Shown: positions 48,623 through 57,632 of the stretch, in pieces | How positions within the stretch are numbered: the stretch's first letter is position 1 | How the letters are laid out: each line of letters opens with the position of its first letter | Source of the DNA: Enterobacteria phage Kha5h | Reading direction: 5' to 3' (one strand) | Length of the DNA: 64,000 nucleotides | Sequence record: NC_054905.1 | Notes under the pieces: generated by a model | The model's database searches: none | Seen by the model: the letters and a program-made list of their open reading frames with translations, nothing else | Told to the model about the DNA's origin: nothing | Made by a program: the position numbers and the translations under genes

Positions 48623-50679
48623 TACATCTTGAACTTTTTAGACATTCCGTTGATGTTAACCAAAGAAGCCAAGATTTGAGAAACTTCGTTTTCCTCTTCT
48701 TTTGATTCTTCTACAAGGAATTGATTAAACCCAGCCATTGGACGAACTTCACCAGTTTCCATTAGATGATCGCCATCATATACCGATTCTTCTAATTGTT
48801 CAGAAGGAGGAACGATTGTGCCTTCGATTAGATACTTGTTATAAGCAGTTTCTTTCATCATGTACGTGCTTACTTTATTAATCTTCAACAAAATTCCACG
48901 CGGTAGAATAACTTCAGCTTCTGATGGAAATCCTGATAAATGACCTGGAACGATAACTTTGATTCGTTCAGCCCCTTTAATTACCATACCTACGCTAGTT
49001 TCAGCATCTTCATTAGCATATGTAGAATGACTACCCATATGCATCAAATCTTCTGCATCAACGGAACCTTCTCCTTCACCAGAAAATACTGCGCCGGAAT
49101 CATCTAGAGCCATATAGTTTTTACCATGCTCACCGAAGATATTTGGTTTAAGCGATGTGGATACGAAGTTCTTGAAATAGAACATTTTATTTTCAATATT
49201 ATGACGTAAAGTTTTAAAGGTAACTTCTTGTCCGCGATAAAGCGTAGTTCCTGGAGGAAGAACTGAACCTTTAGCAAATGCAGAATCCAACGTCTCGATG
49301 TGCTTAATAGCTCGTTCCATATATTCTTCACGGGTAGAATCTGGTTTACCCAAAAGGAACGAGTTCATTTCAACATATGAATCTGCACAATAATCTTCAA
49401 TTACATCAGATTCAGCTTGAGTTAATCCTTTTGGAGTTACTTCAGTGCTTGCGTATTCATATGCCTGGGCAGCAGATTCATTAATCAATTTATAAATGCC
49501 ATTCATTACAAATTGAATAATAGCTGTCTTTTCATCTGGCGTAGCTTTAGAACCTTTAACTAAATCATTGATAATTTTCTTAATAACATCAAAGCTATTA
49601 GAAATATTAATATCAGCAAGATCGCTTAAAATTTTATCAGTTTTATAATCAAAGAATTCTTTATTCTTTAAATATTCTTGAGAACCTTGATATGTTATAT
49701 CGCTCTGCAACTTGATAGATGGATCACGTAAACGTGCATGGGCCAATGCAATATGATTTCGGAAGCTTTCTAGTTCATAATCGTTAGATTTAAAACTAGA
49801 AGCACTTCTCATACCACCGATAGCTCCTTTGCCGAAGTTGGAACCAATCTGAATAACGCCAGAGTTCATTGGTCCTTCTGCTTTATATACCGGAACTTTA
49901 GATTCAAACTCTTGATATTTCTTAGCGGCGAAGCTATCGCCCTGGAGTGAGGCATCGACAGTAGAATATTGAGCTTGCGCTGCTAATCGACGACTAATTT
50001 TAGTTTTCTGAATAACAGCTTGATCCGTGCGCTTATCATTTTCTAAAGCAATAGAAGCAGCAACAGCAACAGCTTTAGGAACAGCATTACCTGTTTTAAC
50101 ATCTACATAAACATCACCAACCTTTGATTCAACTTTTGTGAATAACTCAGTTGAAATAGGAGGTACACCTGGAATGTCTTCTAAATTGGCATTTTTACGG
50201 TAAACCATAATATATGCGTACTTTTTATCATAGTCCCAGATTTCCTTTAAAAGAACATATCGACCTGCTCCTTTAGTACGTACTAAACGGTCAGCAATAA
50301 CTTGCATTTGACGAGCTGCGCCATTTGTTTTACTCTTTAGTACGCGGAATAGGCATGCGTCGATTTTATACTGCTTCATTGTTTGAAGAGCAGTATCAAA
50401 AACAGCATTAATGACGCCAATTGGATTTCCACCCAAGTTTCTAAGCTTAACCAGCGATAATTTCTCGTTGACACCTATCATTACGATATGCATCATTTTA
50501 TCGCCTGGCTTAACGTTTTTATTCGTATCACCACCAGAGGTGTATGTACAAAATCTAAATCCAGGAAGCACGCTTTCTTCGCCGGCTTGAATAGCAAAAA
50601 TTTGTGGTATTTTATGCTTAGGATTTAAGTTAACAACCGGCGCCGAAGCGCCGTCAAATAATTCTGTAATAAGTTCCAT
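48622..50679 (-). CDS. Alt-family ADP-ribosyltransferase paralog (685 aa)
   Basis: Shares the MELITELFD N-terminus and C-terminal motifs (YRG..., FVSTSL, EAEVILPRG) with the adjacent 698-aa protein; 3-nt gap from the upstream paralog. Confidence 0.8.
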   Translation of the reverse strand: MELITELFDGASAPVVNLNPKHKIPQIFAIQAGEESVLPGFRFCTYTSGGDTNKNVKPGDKMMHIVMIGVNEKLSLVKLRNLGGNPIGVINAVFDTALQTMKQYKIDACLFRVLKSKTNGAARQMQVIADRLVRTKGAGRYVLLKEIWDYDKKYAYIMVYRKNANLEDIPGVPPISTELFTKVESKVGDVYVDVKTGNAVPKAVAVAASIALENDKRTDQAVIQKTKISRRLAAQAQYSTVDASLQGDSFAAKKYQEFESKVPVYKAEGPMNSGVIQIGSNFGKGAIGGMRSASSFKSNDYELESFRNHIALAHARLRDPSIKLQSDITYQGSQEYLKNKEFFDYKTDKILSDLADINISNSFDVIKKIINDLVKGSKATPDEKTAIIQFVMNGIYKLINESAAQAYEYASTEVTPKGLTQAESDVIEDYCADSYVEMNSFLLGKPDSTREEYMERAIKHIETLDSAFAKGSVLPPGTTLYRGQEVTFKTLRHNIENKMFYFKNFVSTSLKPNIFGEHGKNYMALDDSGAVFSGEGEGSVDAEDLMHMGSHSTYANEDAETSVGMVIKGAERIKVIVPGHLSGFPSEAEVILPRGILLKINKVSTYMMKETAYNKYLIEGTIVPPSEQLEESVYDGDHLMETGEVRPMAGFNQFLVEESKEEENEVSQILASLVNINGMSKKFKM

Positions 50680-50682
50680 GAT

Positions 50683-52779
50683 TTATCCTTGAACGAACTT
50701 GTAAGGCATGTTTGTAATATCTATGCAAGACGCAATAATTCCAAGAGATGATTCGACTTTCTGTTTAACATTTGATGAAACAAATGATGCAAAATCAACT
50801 CTGTCTTCTATTTCAATATCACCTGTCATTGCAACTACTTCGCCGGTTTCCATTAAACGGTCTCCGTCATAGATTACCGATTCGGTGAGCTCTTCCGTGG
50901 TCATAACTTCAGCTTGAATGAGTTTTGTATTATTAGATGTTGTTCCGTCATTATTAGAAGCATCAGTTATTTTATTAACTTTGACCATCAATCCACGCGG
51001 TAGAATAACTTCAGCTTCTGTTGCTATTCCGAGACTTCCTGGATATACAACATTAACTTTATGAGCTCCATCAATTGCCCATCCTATTTGAACTTTAACG
51101 TATTCAGGATTTTCTTTATACGCTCTTATTTCGTTTGGATTAATAGTTATTCCTTCTTCATTTTTATCAACTGTTAATTCATTGCGAGCTTCTGGTTCTA
51201 AAAGACCAATACCAGCATGTGTAATTCCAAAACGTCCAAAAATGATAGGAGTTAAAGAAGTAGATACAAAATTTCTGAAGTAGAACACTTTATTTTTAAC
51301 TAACGCTTCATATATAGGAGCAGTCATACTTTGAGCACGATAAACTGTAATGCCTTCTGGTATACGGTCACCATTTTCAAAAGCTGAATCTAAGTTATTT
51401 ATAGCAGATTCAATTTCTTTTTCACTCATTACATCATATCGTTCTGGATTGTAACGACCTAAAAGAAGATTATTGATGTCAGTATATCCTGAACCGCAAT
51501 ATTCTCTAATGCCACGCTTTTGTGATGGAGTATATTTAGAACCATCGCGGGCAATAGTAATATCAATCATTGGACCAGCACCAATTCCAGAAAAACTGTA
51601 AATCATTCGTTTGAGGAATTTAGTTTTTGCTGCGTTCCAGAAATTTTTAGTTATTTCTTCCCAGACTTCATCTGGTTGTCCTTTACGATTTTTATTATGA
51701 TTAGCAAGCCATTTATCTTTATAATCTTCAAAGAATTGATTTACAGCTGCTGCGTATTTCTCTAAACATTTTATTGAAGTAGTTGGTTCATTTTTAATTG
51801 CATTAAAAATTACTTCTTTAATTTTTTCTGAAACTTCACCGACTTGACTCATTGGAAAGAATTTATAATCATAGTGAAGTTCATCTGCCGTTCCTTCAGC
51901 AATAATTTTTGCTGCCTTTGTTTTAGAAGCTAATGAATTAATTCCAATTTTCATTTCTTCTGCTTCGGGAATTAAAGGTGCAGTAGCTGGTTTATTAAAA
52001 TTAGCTGCTGTAGATTCATACTTCTGGAATAATTCACTTTCAAATCTAGAAGATTCCAATGACTGACTTTGTGCAATTGCTCTACGTGAAATTTTAACTT
52101 TAACGATTACAGCTTGGTCAGAACGTTTATCATTTTCTTGCGCAATAGATGCTGCAATTGCCTCATTTTTAGTTACTTGAGCTCCAGTATCTTTATTGAT
52201 ATAAACATCGCCGACTTTCGATTCAACTTTAGTAAAGAGCTCGGTACTAATTTCCGGAACTCCTGGAATGTCTTCTAGTGATACATTTTTGCGATGTATA
52301 AGAATATATGCATACTTTTTATCATAATCCCAGAGTTCCTTAAGAAGGACGTATCTGCCACCTGAACGACTACGGATAAGTCTATCAGCAATAACTTGAA
52401 TTTGTCGAGCTTGACCAGCGGTTTTAGACTTAAGAATACGGAGCATACAGGCATCAATTTTATACTGACGCATTGTTTGCATTGCAACAGTAAAAACTGA
52501 ATTGATATAATTAATTGGGCTTGGACCAAGACCTTTTAATTTAGCAATTGAACCTTTAGCAGTTAATGTAAAAGGAACAATATGCATCATTTTATCGCCC
52601 ATCTTTAAATCGCGATTAGTATCACCTCCAGATGTATAGGTACATAAACGAAAGCCTGGCTGTTCAATTGCATCATCAACGTGAACTGAAAAAATTTGCG
52701 GTATTTTCTTCTTTGGATTTAAGTTTGTAATCGGAAGAGTAGTATCTTCGTCAAATAATTCTGTAATAAGTTCCATCAT
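50683..52779 (-). CDS. alt: Alt ADP-ribosyltransferase (head-packaged, injected)
   Basis: 698 aa; motifs VYRAQS, FVSTSL, TEAEVILPRG; TATAAATA 21 nt upstream; adjacent to gene 30 as in T4. Confidence 0.8.
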   Translation of the reverse strand: MMELITELFDEDTTLPITNLNPKKKIPQIFSVHVDDAIEQPGFRLCTYTSGGDTNRDLKMGDKMMHIVPFTLTAKGSIAKLKGLGPSPINYINSVFTVAMQTMRQYKIDACMLRILKSKTAGQARQIQVIADRLIRSRSGGRYVLLKELWDYDKKYAYILIHRKNVSLEDIPGVPEISTELFTKVESKVGDVYINKDTGAQVTKNEAIAASIAQENDKRSDQAVIVKVKISRRAIAQSQSLESSRFESELFQKYESTAANFNKPATAPLIPEAEEMKIGINSLASKTKAAKIIAEGTADELHYDYKFFPMSQVGEVSEKIKEVIFNAIKNEPTTSIKCLEKYAAAVNQFFEDYKDKWLANHNKNRKGQPDEVWEEITKNFWNAAKTKFLKRMIYSFSGIGAGPMIDITIARDGSKYTPSQKRGIREYCGSGYTDINNLLLGRYNPERYDVMSEKEIESAINNLDSAFENGDRIPEGITVYRAQSMTAPIYEALVKNKVFYFRNFVSTSLTPIIFGRFGITHAGIGLLEPEARNELTVDKNEEGITINPNEIRAYKENPEYVKVQIGWAIDGAHKVNVVYPGSLGIATEAEVILPRGLMVKVNKITDASNNDGTTSNNTKLIQAEVMTTEELTESVIYDGDRLMETGEVVAMTGDIEIEDRVDFASFVSSNVKQKVESSLGIIASCIDITNMPYKFVQG

Positions 52780-52799
52780 AGCCTCTCTAGTGTTTATTC

Positions 52800-52807
52800 T
52801 ATTTATA
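52800..52807 (-). promoter_or_regulatory. late promoter box (minus strand) for alt
   Basis: Plus-strand TATTTATA 21 nt upstream of the 698-aa Alt start. Confidence 0.6.
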
Positions 52808-52812
52808 AAATT

Positions 52813-52830
52813 AAAGGCCCGAAGGCCTTT
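52813..52830 (-). terminator. hairpin between the 62-aa ORF and alt
   Basis: AAAGGCC-CGAA-GGCCTTT; on the minus strand it is followed by AAUUUUAUAAAUA, which contains the alt late promoter box. Confidence 0.5.
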
Positions 52831-53017
52831 AGTAATCTAGTGGTAAGAGAGTACGATATATTTCAAACTTTGGTCCTTTTTCATAGGCATCAAATGTTTC
52901 TGTAAATTTATTATAAGCGTATGCATCTACAAATTCGAGAATGACTTGTGATACAGAAGTAGAAACATCTCCACCTTCTTTTTGAGCAATGACAATTGTT
53001 TCTAAGTAAGCTTTCAT
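52829..53017 (-). CDS. hypothetical small protein
   Basis: 62 aa; start overlaps the gene 30 stop by 4 nt; terminator hairpin at its 3' end. Confidence 0.45.
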   Translation of the reverse strand: MKAYLETIVIAQKEGGDVSTSVSQVILEFVDAYAYNKFTETFDAYEKGPKFEIYRTLLPLDY

Positions 53018-54477
53018 AGACCAGTTACCTCATGAAAATCACCAAATACATCCTCGAATGTATTAGCTTTAGTTTTATCTTCACGTAAACGAATCGCAAT
53101 CGGAAGAAATAATTTAACGTAATCAGTGCGGCCATCAGATTTTAACCAACCGTTGCATTCGCACTCTAGAATTTTTCCAATATAATAATTTTGGTTTTCC
53201 ATAATGCGAGTACGGTCAAGCTCATGTGATTTTACGCCGGCTTTATCTTTTAAGCCTGAACCAGCATTTACTTTAATTTTTCCACATTCTGATTCAAGAA
53301 TAAATCCACCCGCTTTAGTAGGGTCTTTACGGTGAGGATAAATTCCTACAATTTTTAAATCAACATCAATTACTTCTTTAAATTTATAAAGATTTTTTGA
53401 ACGAGCATTTTCCCATAATCCATCGATATTTTTGAGAATAATACCTTCAAGACCTTGGTCAATATACTTTTTGTAAATTACCTTAGCTTCATCTAGGTTA
53501 TTTACTACTTGGTTTTCAATTAAAATTACTTTATCATAGCCTGATGTCATTTGTTCTAGTTTAGAAAAACGTACATCATATTTTAAACGAAACGCTGGAA
53601 GACCATATATTTCTACTAATGGAACATAGTCCCAGACCTGAAACTTCATGCATTGAGCTTCTTTTTCAGAAATGGTTCCTTTTAAGGATTTATTGGCGAT
53701 TCCATTAGAAGTAGTACGAGATTCCGCTACTTCGGCGAATTCTTTAGCTTTACTAATTTTAGGATAAGCATCAAAAAGAAAATCTAGGCCTTCTGGTTCC
53801 TTTTTAACTTGCTCATGGTATACCAATTCGCCATCAATTAACACACCTTCTGGATGAATCTGGCGAGCTTCTGCAGTCATTTTGATTAACTCTTCCTTGA
53901 GAAGATCTAATCCTAGATATTCATTACCAGCTCGTGATAAAAGACGAACATCATCTAATTCATCACCTCTGACTTCAGCAAAGCACCGAGCTCCATCAGC
54001 TTTTAATTGGGCAAAGGCTGGAAATTTGATATTCTTATTAATGCCTTTTTCATCATAAGAACTTGCCAGCATTTGAGGTTGTTCAGGAATTAAACCTGGC
54101 CAAACTTTGTTTGCAATAGATACTGATGCACCACATTCAAGGTCTCGCATCATCACCCGACGCAAAACTTCAACATCATCTTTTTTACCGTCAGCAATAT
54201 ATCCAGTTAATTCCTCAATTGCCGCATTTCCTGTCAATTTCCGAGTAGCTAACGTGAATTCAATGAAGTCAAGCATATCGGTAAGAGTCAACATTCCAAA
54301 ACTCTGGGTAGCAATACCCGGTTTAGGCCATTTCTTGATATAATACTGTAACCCACGAGAATAAGTCAGACGATATACTCGTTTAAGCAATTCATTATCT
54401 TTATTCTTTTCAAGAATTGCTTGCTTCTGCTTAGTTGAACCAATAGATGCTATTTCGTTCAGAATTTTAAGAATCAT
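53014..54477 (-). CDS. 30: gp30 ATP-dependent DNA ligase
   Basis: 487 aa; adenylation motif KADGAR. Confidence 0.95.
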   Translation of the reverse strand: MILKILNEIASIGSTKQKQAILEKNKDNELLKRVYRLTYSRGLQYYIKKWPKPGIATQSFGMLTLTDMLDFIEFTLATRKLTGNAAIEELTGYIADGKKDDVEVLRRVMMRDLECGASVSIANKVWPGLIPEQPQMLASSYDEKGINKNIKFPAFAQLKADGARCFAEVRGDELDDVRLLSRAGNEYLGLDLLKEELIKMTAEARQIHPEGVLIDGELVYHEQVKKEPEGLDFLFDAYPKISKAKEFAEVAESRTTSNGIANKSLKGTISEKEAQCMKFQVWDYVPLVEIYGLPAFRLKYDVRFSKLEQMTSGYDKVILIENQVVNNLDEAKVIYKKYIDQGLEGIILKNIDGLWENARSKNLYKFKEVIDVDLKIVGIYPHRKDPTKAGGFILESECGKIKVNAGSGLKDKAGVKSHELDRTRIMENQNYYIGKILECECNGWLKSDGRTDYVKLFLPIAIRLREDKTKANTFEDVFGDFHEVTGL

Positions 54478-54743
54478 TGTTCATCCTTTAGAGTTTGGTT
54501 TACAGCTCTATTATAAATCAATTCATCATTAAGCTCAGTCAAAGACCTGTGGTACGTGGTTCTAACTTTATTTCCTTGCATCCAGTGCTTGACGTAAATG
54601 AAACCTTGCTCTACACATTTTTTAAAAATTCGTTCGTCTTTTTGAGCTCGGAATTCTGGATTGCATCTAAAAAATTGATTTACGTGACCGTAATCACGTG
54701 TAGTATTACCTTCATTTTCATAAATAGTGTGAACGACAAACAT
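54474..54743 (-). CDS. hypothetical protein (position of T4 30.1)
   Basis: 89 aa track ORF. Confidence 0.5.
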   Translation of the reverse strand: MFVVHTIYENEGNTTRDYGHVNQFFRCNPEFRAQKDERIFKKCVEQGFIYVKHWMQGNKVRTTYHRSLTELNDELIYNRAVNQTLKDEQ

Positions 54744-55579
54744 TAGAATGCTCCTTGGAAAATATTATCACCACTAGTAGGTCTATTATACAAATACTCT
54801 ATGCCACCGGGTTTAATATAGTTCCATGTCTGAAACGGATGCGTCTGATATGGATGATATGGATTATAAGGATTAAACCCAGGAGTTCTCCAGGTAGTGT
54901 TCCAAGGAAAAGAATCGTTTTTGATCATCTTCTCAATTACATCTTTTATAGCTTTTTCACGATCAAAACTTTCTTTAATTTCCTTCGATGGAAAAAGCTT
55001 ATTCTCGACATCATTCCATGTATAAACTCGCTGTGCAGTTTTTGGAATACTGTCACGCTCTCCTCGAGCCATCCAATAAACAGGAACATTTAATATTTCA
55101 CTCGCGTGATCGCAGTGGTGAGCGAGATCGTCAATATAACAAATTACGTTATATTTTTCTTTTGCTTTTTTGAACAGCTCTTCTTTTGAAGAATCATGAC
55201 TACACATCAGTACTTCTGAGAAGGCACCAGGAAAAAGAGCATTCAAATTAAATTGACGATTCAGCAGAGCGTCAATAGAATCACCCAATGCTGTAACAGC
55301 TACAAAATTATAATCTTCTTTTAATTTGTTAATTACACACAGGGCATCTTTATATGGAGACAAGTAACGAATAAAATCTGAACGATTATATTTTTCAATT
55401 AACTTGACACCAAGTTCTTCATCACAGTTAAAGAGTTTACCTGGAGAAATAAATTTTTCGTCTTGAATCATTTTTAAAATATGTTCTAATGGAAGATTAT
55501 ATTTTTGGGCAAAATAAGGAAGGCCTGATTGCCAGCTTAAACATACTCCATCAATATCAGTTAAAATAGTAGGCTTCAT
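54743..55579 (-). CDS. HAD-superfamily phosphatase-like protein (position of T4 30.2)
   Basis: 278 aa; N-terminal DxDG motif ILTDIDGV and later YIDD. Confidence 0.65.
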   Translation of the reverse strand: MKPTILTDIDGVCLSWQSGLPYFAQKYNLPLEHILKMIQDEKFISPGKLFNCDEELGVKLIEKYNRSDFIRYLSPYKDALCVINKLKEDYNFVAVTALGDSIDALLNRQFNLNALFPGAFSEVLMCSHDSSKEELFKKAKEKYNVICYIDDLAHHCDHASEILNVPVYWMARGERDSIPKTAQRVYTWNDVENKLFPSKEIKESFDREKAIKDVIEKMIKNDSFPWNTTWRTPGFNPYNPYHPYQTHPFQTWNYIKPGGIEYLYNRPTSGDNIFQGAF

Positions 55580-56040
55580 AGAGAGTCTCTTAATAGGTTT
55601 AACACATCAATAAATTCAGCTTCGGTTAGTATTGTATCATCTTTTGTTAGACCACTAGCCATGCTGTGCTTCAAAACTTTTCCTTTCGAGGCTTGTAATG
55701 CATCACGAAAGCCCTTGTTTTGAATCGCTGCTTCAAAATATGCATTTGTGTATAATTCTTTCCACGCCGGGGAGTATCTTGAAAACGGAACTCCAAGCCA
55801 GAAGAGGGTCCCACGGTCCTGAGCTCTAGCATAAGACCTTCCAGCTTGTTGAGCGGCAAGCCCGGATAACCCAAATATACGACGTTGTTGTTCAACGTTT
55901 TTCACCTTGCATCCTTGGAGGAATCCTTCAAGACCTCCAAATTGAATACCATCCATGACGAAAGGCCATTGGGCGAAATTACTTAATGCACATGATGGCC
56001 ACCTAAAATTGCTTCTAATCTCTAACTCAGACATTTTCAA
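55576..56040 (-). CDS. NADAR (YbiA/DUF1768)-like protein, predicted ADP-ribose processing (position of T4 30.3)
   Basis: 154 aa; LSNFAQWPFVMDGIQFGGLEGFLQGCK resembles the NADAR core recalled from E. coli YbiA. Confidence 0.6.
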   Translation of the reverse strand: MKMSELEIRSNFRWPSCALSNFAQWPFVMDGIQFGGLEGFLQGCKVKNVEQQRRIFGLSGLAAQQAGRSYARAQDRGTLFWLGVPFSRYSPAWKELYTNAYFEAAIQNKGFRDALQASKGKVLKHSMASGLTKDDTILTEAEFIDVLNLLRDSL

Positions 56041-56233
56041 TGCTTATAATCTCAACATCAGCCCAATGACCATAGCAAGGAAGACGAAATTCAACTGGCC
56101 AGTTAGGATCCTTTTCTAATATAATAGACTTAACTTGTGGTTCTTCATGTTCATCAGTATATGGATTTTTATCTGTTACTTTATATGTGACCTTAATGTA
56201 CTGAATTCCAAAAATCTTATTAATTATATTCAT
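56027..56233 (-). CDS. hypothetical small protein
   Basis: 68 aa track ORF in the early cluster. Confidence 0.45.
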   Translation of the reverse strand: MNIINKIFGIQYIKVTYKVTDKNPYTDEHEEPQVKSIILEKDPNWPVEFRLPCYGHWADVEIISIENV

Positions 56234-56427
56234 ACTAATTCCTTTAATCCGTAAATAGGAGATAATTCATCACCCATGCGAAGGTCTTCATTTCCATCTA
56301 CCCAGGAAACAATATAAGCCTCTTTTATTTGAATACCACTCCATTTAAATGGAGGTAGAACCTTAGAAATTAATCCAGGTATACCAACTCCCTTTAATTC
56401 AACAGTTTGACCTAAAAAGAATTTCAT
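56230..56427 (-). CDS. hypothetical small protein
   Basis: 65 aa track ORF. Confidence 0.45.
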   Translation of the reverse strand: MKFFLGQTVELKGVGIPGLISKVLPPFKWSGIQIKEAYIVSWVDGNEDLRMGDELSPIYGLKELV

Positions 56428-56714
56428 TAGAACCTCATCTGAAAACCGTGCGATTTAACATTACCGCCACCAATATCAGAGATATTAATTTCGCGCGCAA
56501 TTGAAGGGTCAATGTCAATTTCACGATTGAGTTTAGTGATAGCTAAAGTATCGCGCCCATTTACAGTACGAAACTCTAAAGGACAAACCACATCAACGTA
56601 GTTTTTAATCGATTCACTGGTAGGCTGCAAATGAGCAGGAAGGTCTTTAGGCGCCTTTGAGAAAACAACTTCGCAGAAGTTTTTACGGGTATCAAAATAA
56701 GTAGTCATAAACAT
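56427..56714 (-). CDS. hypothetical protein
   Basis: Track ORF 56427-56750 trimmed to ATG MFMTTYFD... with GAGGAAAA Shine-Dalgarno; the extended N-terminus runs through an intergenic hairpin. Confidence 0.5.
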   Translation of the reverse strand: MFMTTYFDTRKNFCEVVFSKAPKDLPAHLQPTSESIKNYVDVVCPLEFRTVNGRDTLAITKLNREIDIDPSIAREINISDIGGGNVKSHGFQMRF

Positions 56715-56731
56715 AATATTTTCCTCAGTAA

Positions 56732-56745
56732 GGGGCCGAAGCCCC
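56732..56745 (-). terminator. intercistronic UUCG-tetraloop hairpin
   Basis: GGGGC-CGAA-GCCCC between the 121-aa ORF stop and the Shine-Dalgarno of the next ORF; no U-run. Confidence 0.35.
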
Positions 56746-56755
56746 CTCATTTATT

Positions 56756-57121
56756 TTAAATATCAAATTCATTAAGAACTACATCAAAGATTGCTTCAAG
56801 ATGCTCAGGTTTAGCTCTGTTACTCAGAATATGACGAATCCAAGTTTTAACCAGAAGCTTGCGATTAGCACCATTCCAGCAAGGATGAGCCCCTAAATCG
56901 CGTTGACGGAAATCATCATCCAGAGCAATTTTGAAGTTGGAACCTTCCATTGTGATTGAAACCGTGATACCGTTTTCAAATCGCATATAAACGTAATTAG
57001 GAGTCATATACTGCTCAATTTCGCATACTGATCCATTTTGATGTTTCCAAAGGCAAATAGTATCAATAGAACCTGCAATACCATTAGAAACATATTTACG
57101 TTCAAAGTTGATGTAGTTCAT
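56756..57121 (-). CDS. hypothetical protein
   Basis: 121 aa; GGAG Shine-Dalgarno; early-promoter-like element upstream. Confidence 0.5.
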   Translation of the reverse strand: MNYINFERKYVSNGIAGSIDTICLWKHQNGSVCEIEQYMTPNYVYMRFENGITVSITMEGSNFKIALDDDFRQRDLGAHPCWNGANRKLLVKTWIRHILSNRAKPEHLEAIFDVVLNEFDI

Positions 57122-57158
57122 TTTTATTCTCCAAGATGTTTAATTGCGGTACAGGTAT

Positions 57159-57187
57159 ATAATATCATATCCTGTACCAAAGTAAAC
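57159..57187 (-). promoter_or_regulatory. early-promoter-like element upstream of the 121-aa ORF, -10 enclosed by an inverted repeat
   Basis: Minus strand GTTTAC then 17 nt then TATTAT; 8-bp inverted repeat GGTACAGG/CCTGTACC (57148-57155, 57171-57178) flanks the -10. Confidence 0.45.
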
Positions 57188-57189
57188 AA

Positions 57190-57522
57190 TTATTTTACTA
57201 CTTTCCAGTGCTTCATGTCAAGTTTACCGACTTTTTTCATCTTCTCAATTAAGCGTTCTGCACGTTGGCGAGCTGTAACATAATGCCATTCACCTAATTC
57301 ATTTTGTTCAATTTTTCCAACGATTACTGTATTCAATTCATAAATCCAACCAGTAAAGAAATTATGAACTTGAATTGTAAAGGTGAAATCTGTTCCCATA
57401 CCTTCTGTTGTTTCTACTTCAATAATATCACCTTCAACTGCCATTAAGAACCACATAGTTTCATCATATTTACCATTGAAGCATTTAGTTTTAACTGCAG
57501 CGTTCAGATTAATCGTTTTCAT
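57190..57522 (-). CDS. hypothetical protein
   Basis: 110 aa; AAGGAG Shine-Dalgarno; early-promoter-like element upstream. Confidence 0.5.
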   Translation of the reverse strand: MKTINLNAAVKTKCFNGKYDETMWFLMAVEGDIIEVETTEGMGTDFTFTIQVHNFFTGWIYELNTVIVGKIEQNELGEWHYVTARQRAERLIEKMKKVGKLDMKHWKVVK

Positions 57523-57549
57523 TTTATTCTCCTTTGTTTGTGTAAGATA

Positions 57550-57579
57550 ATACTATCACAAAGGAGCTATACTGTAAAC
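57550..57579 (-). promoter_or_regulatory. early-promoter-like element upstream of the 110-aa ORF
   Basis: Minus strand GTTTACA then 17 nt then TAGTAT, directly after the 57610-57627 terminator. Confidence 0.4.
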
Positions 57580-57603
57580 AACTTTATGCAATCTTTGGAA
57601 AAT

Positions 57604-57627
57604 AAAAAAGGACTCCCGAAGGAGTCC
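57604..57627 (-). terminator. intrinsic terminator downstream of the basic-protein ORF
   Basis: GGACUCC-UUCG-GGAGUCC hairpin followed on the minus strand by UUUUUUAUU. Confidence 0.7.
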
Positions 57628-57632
57628 TCAAC

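Noticed and set aside
54481-54510. Plus-strand GTTTAC...TTATAAATC resembling promoter elements
   Set aside because: Lies inside minus-strand coding sequence, the spacing is wrong for an early promoter, and the late box is only 7 of 8 (TATAAATC).
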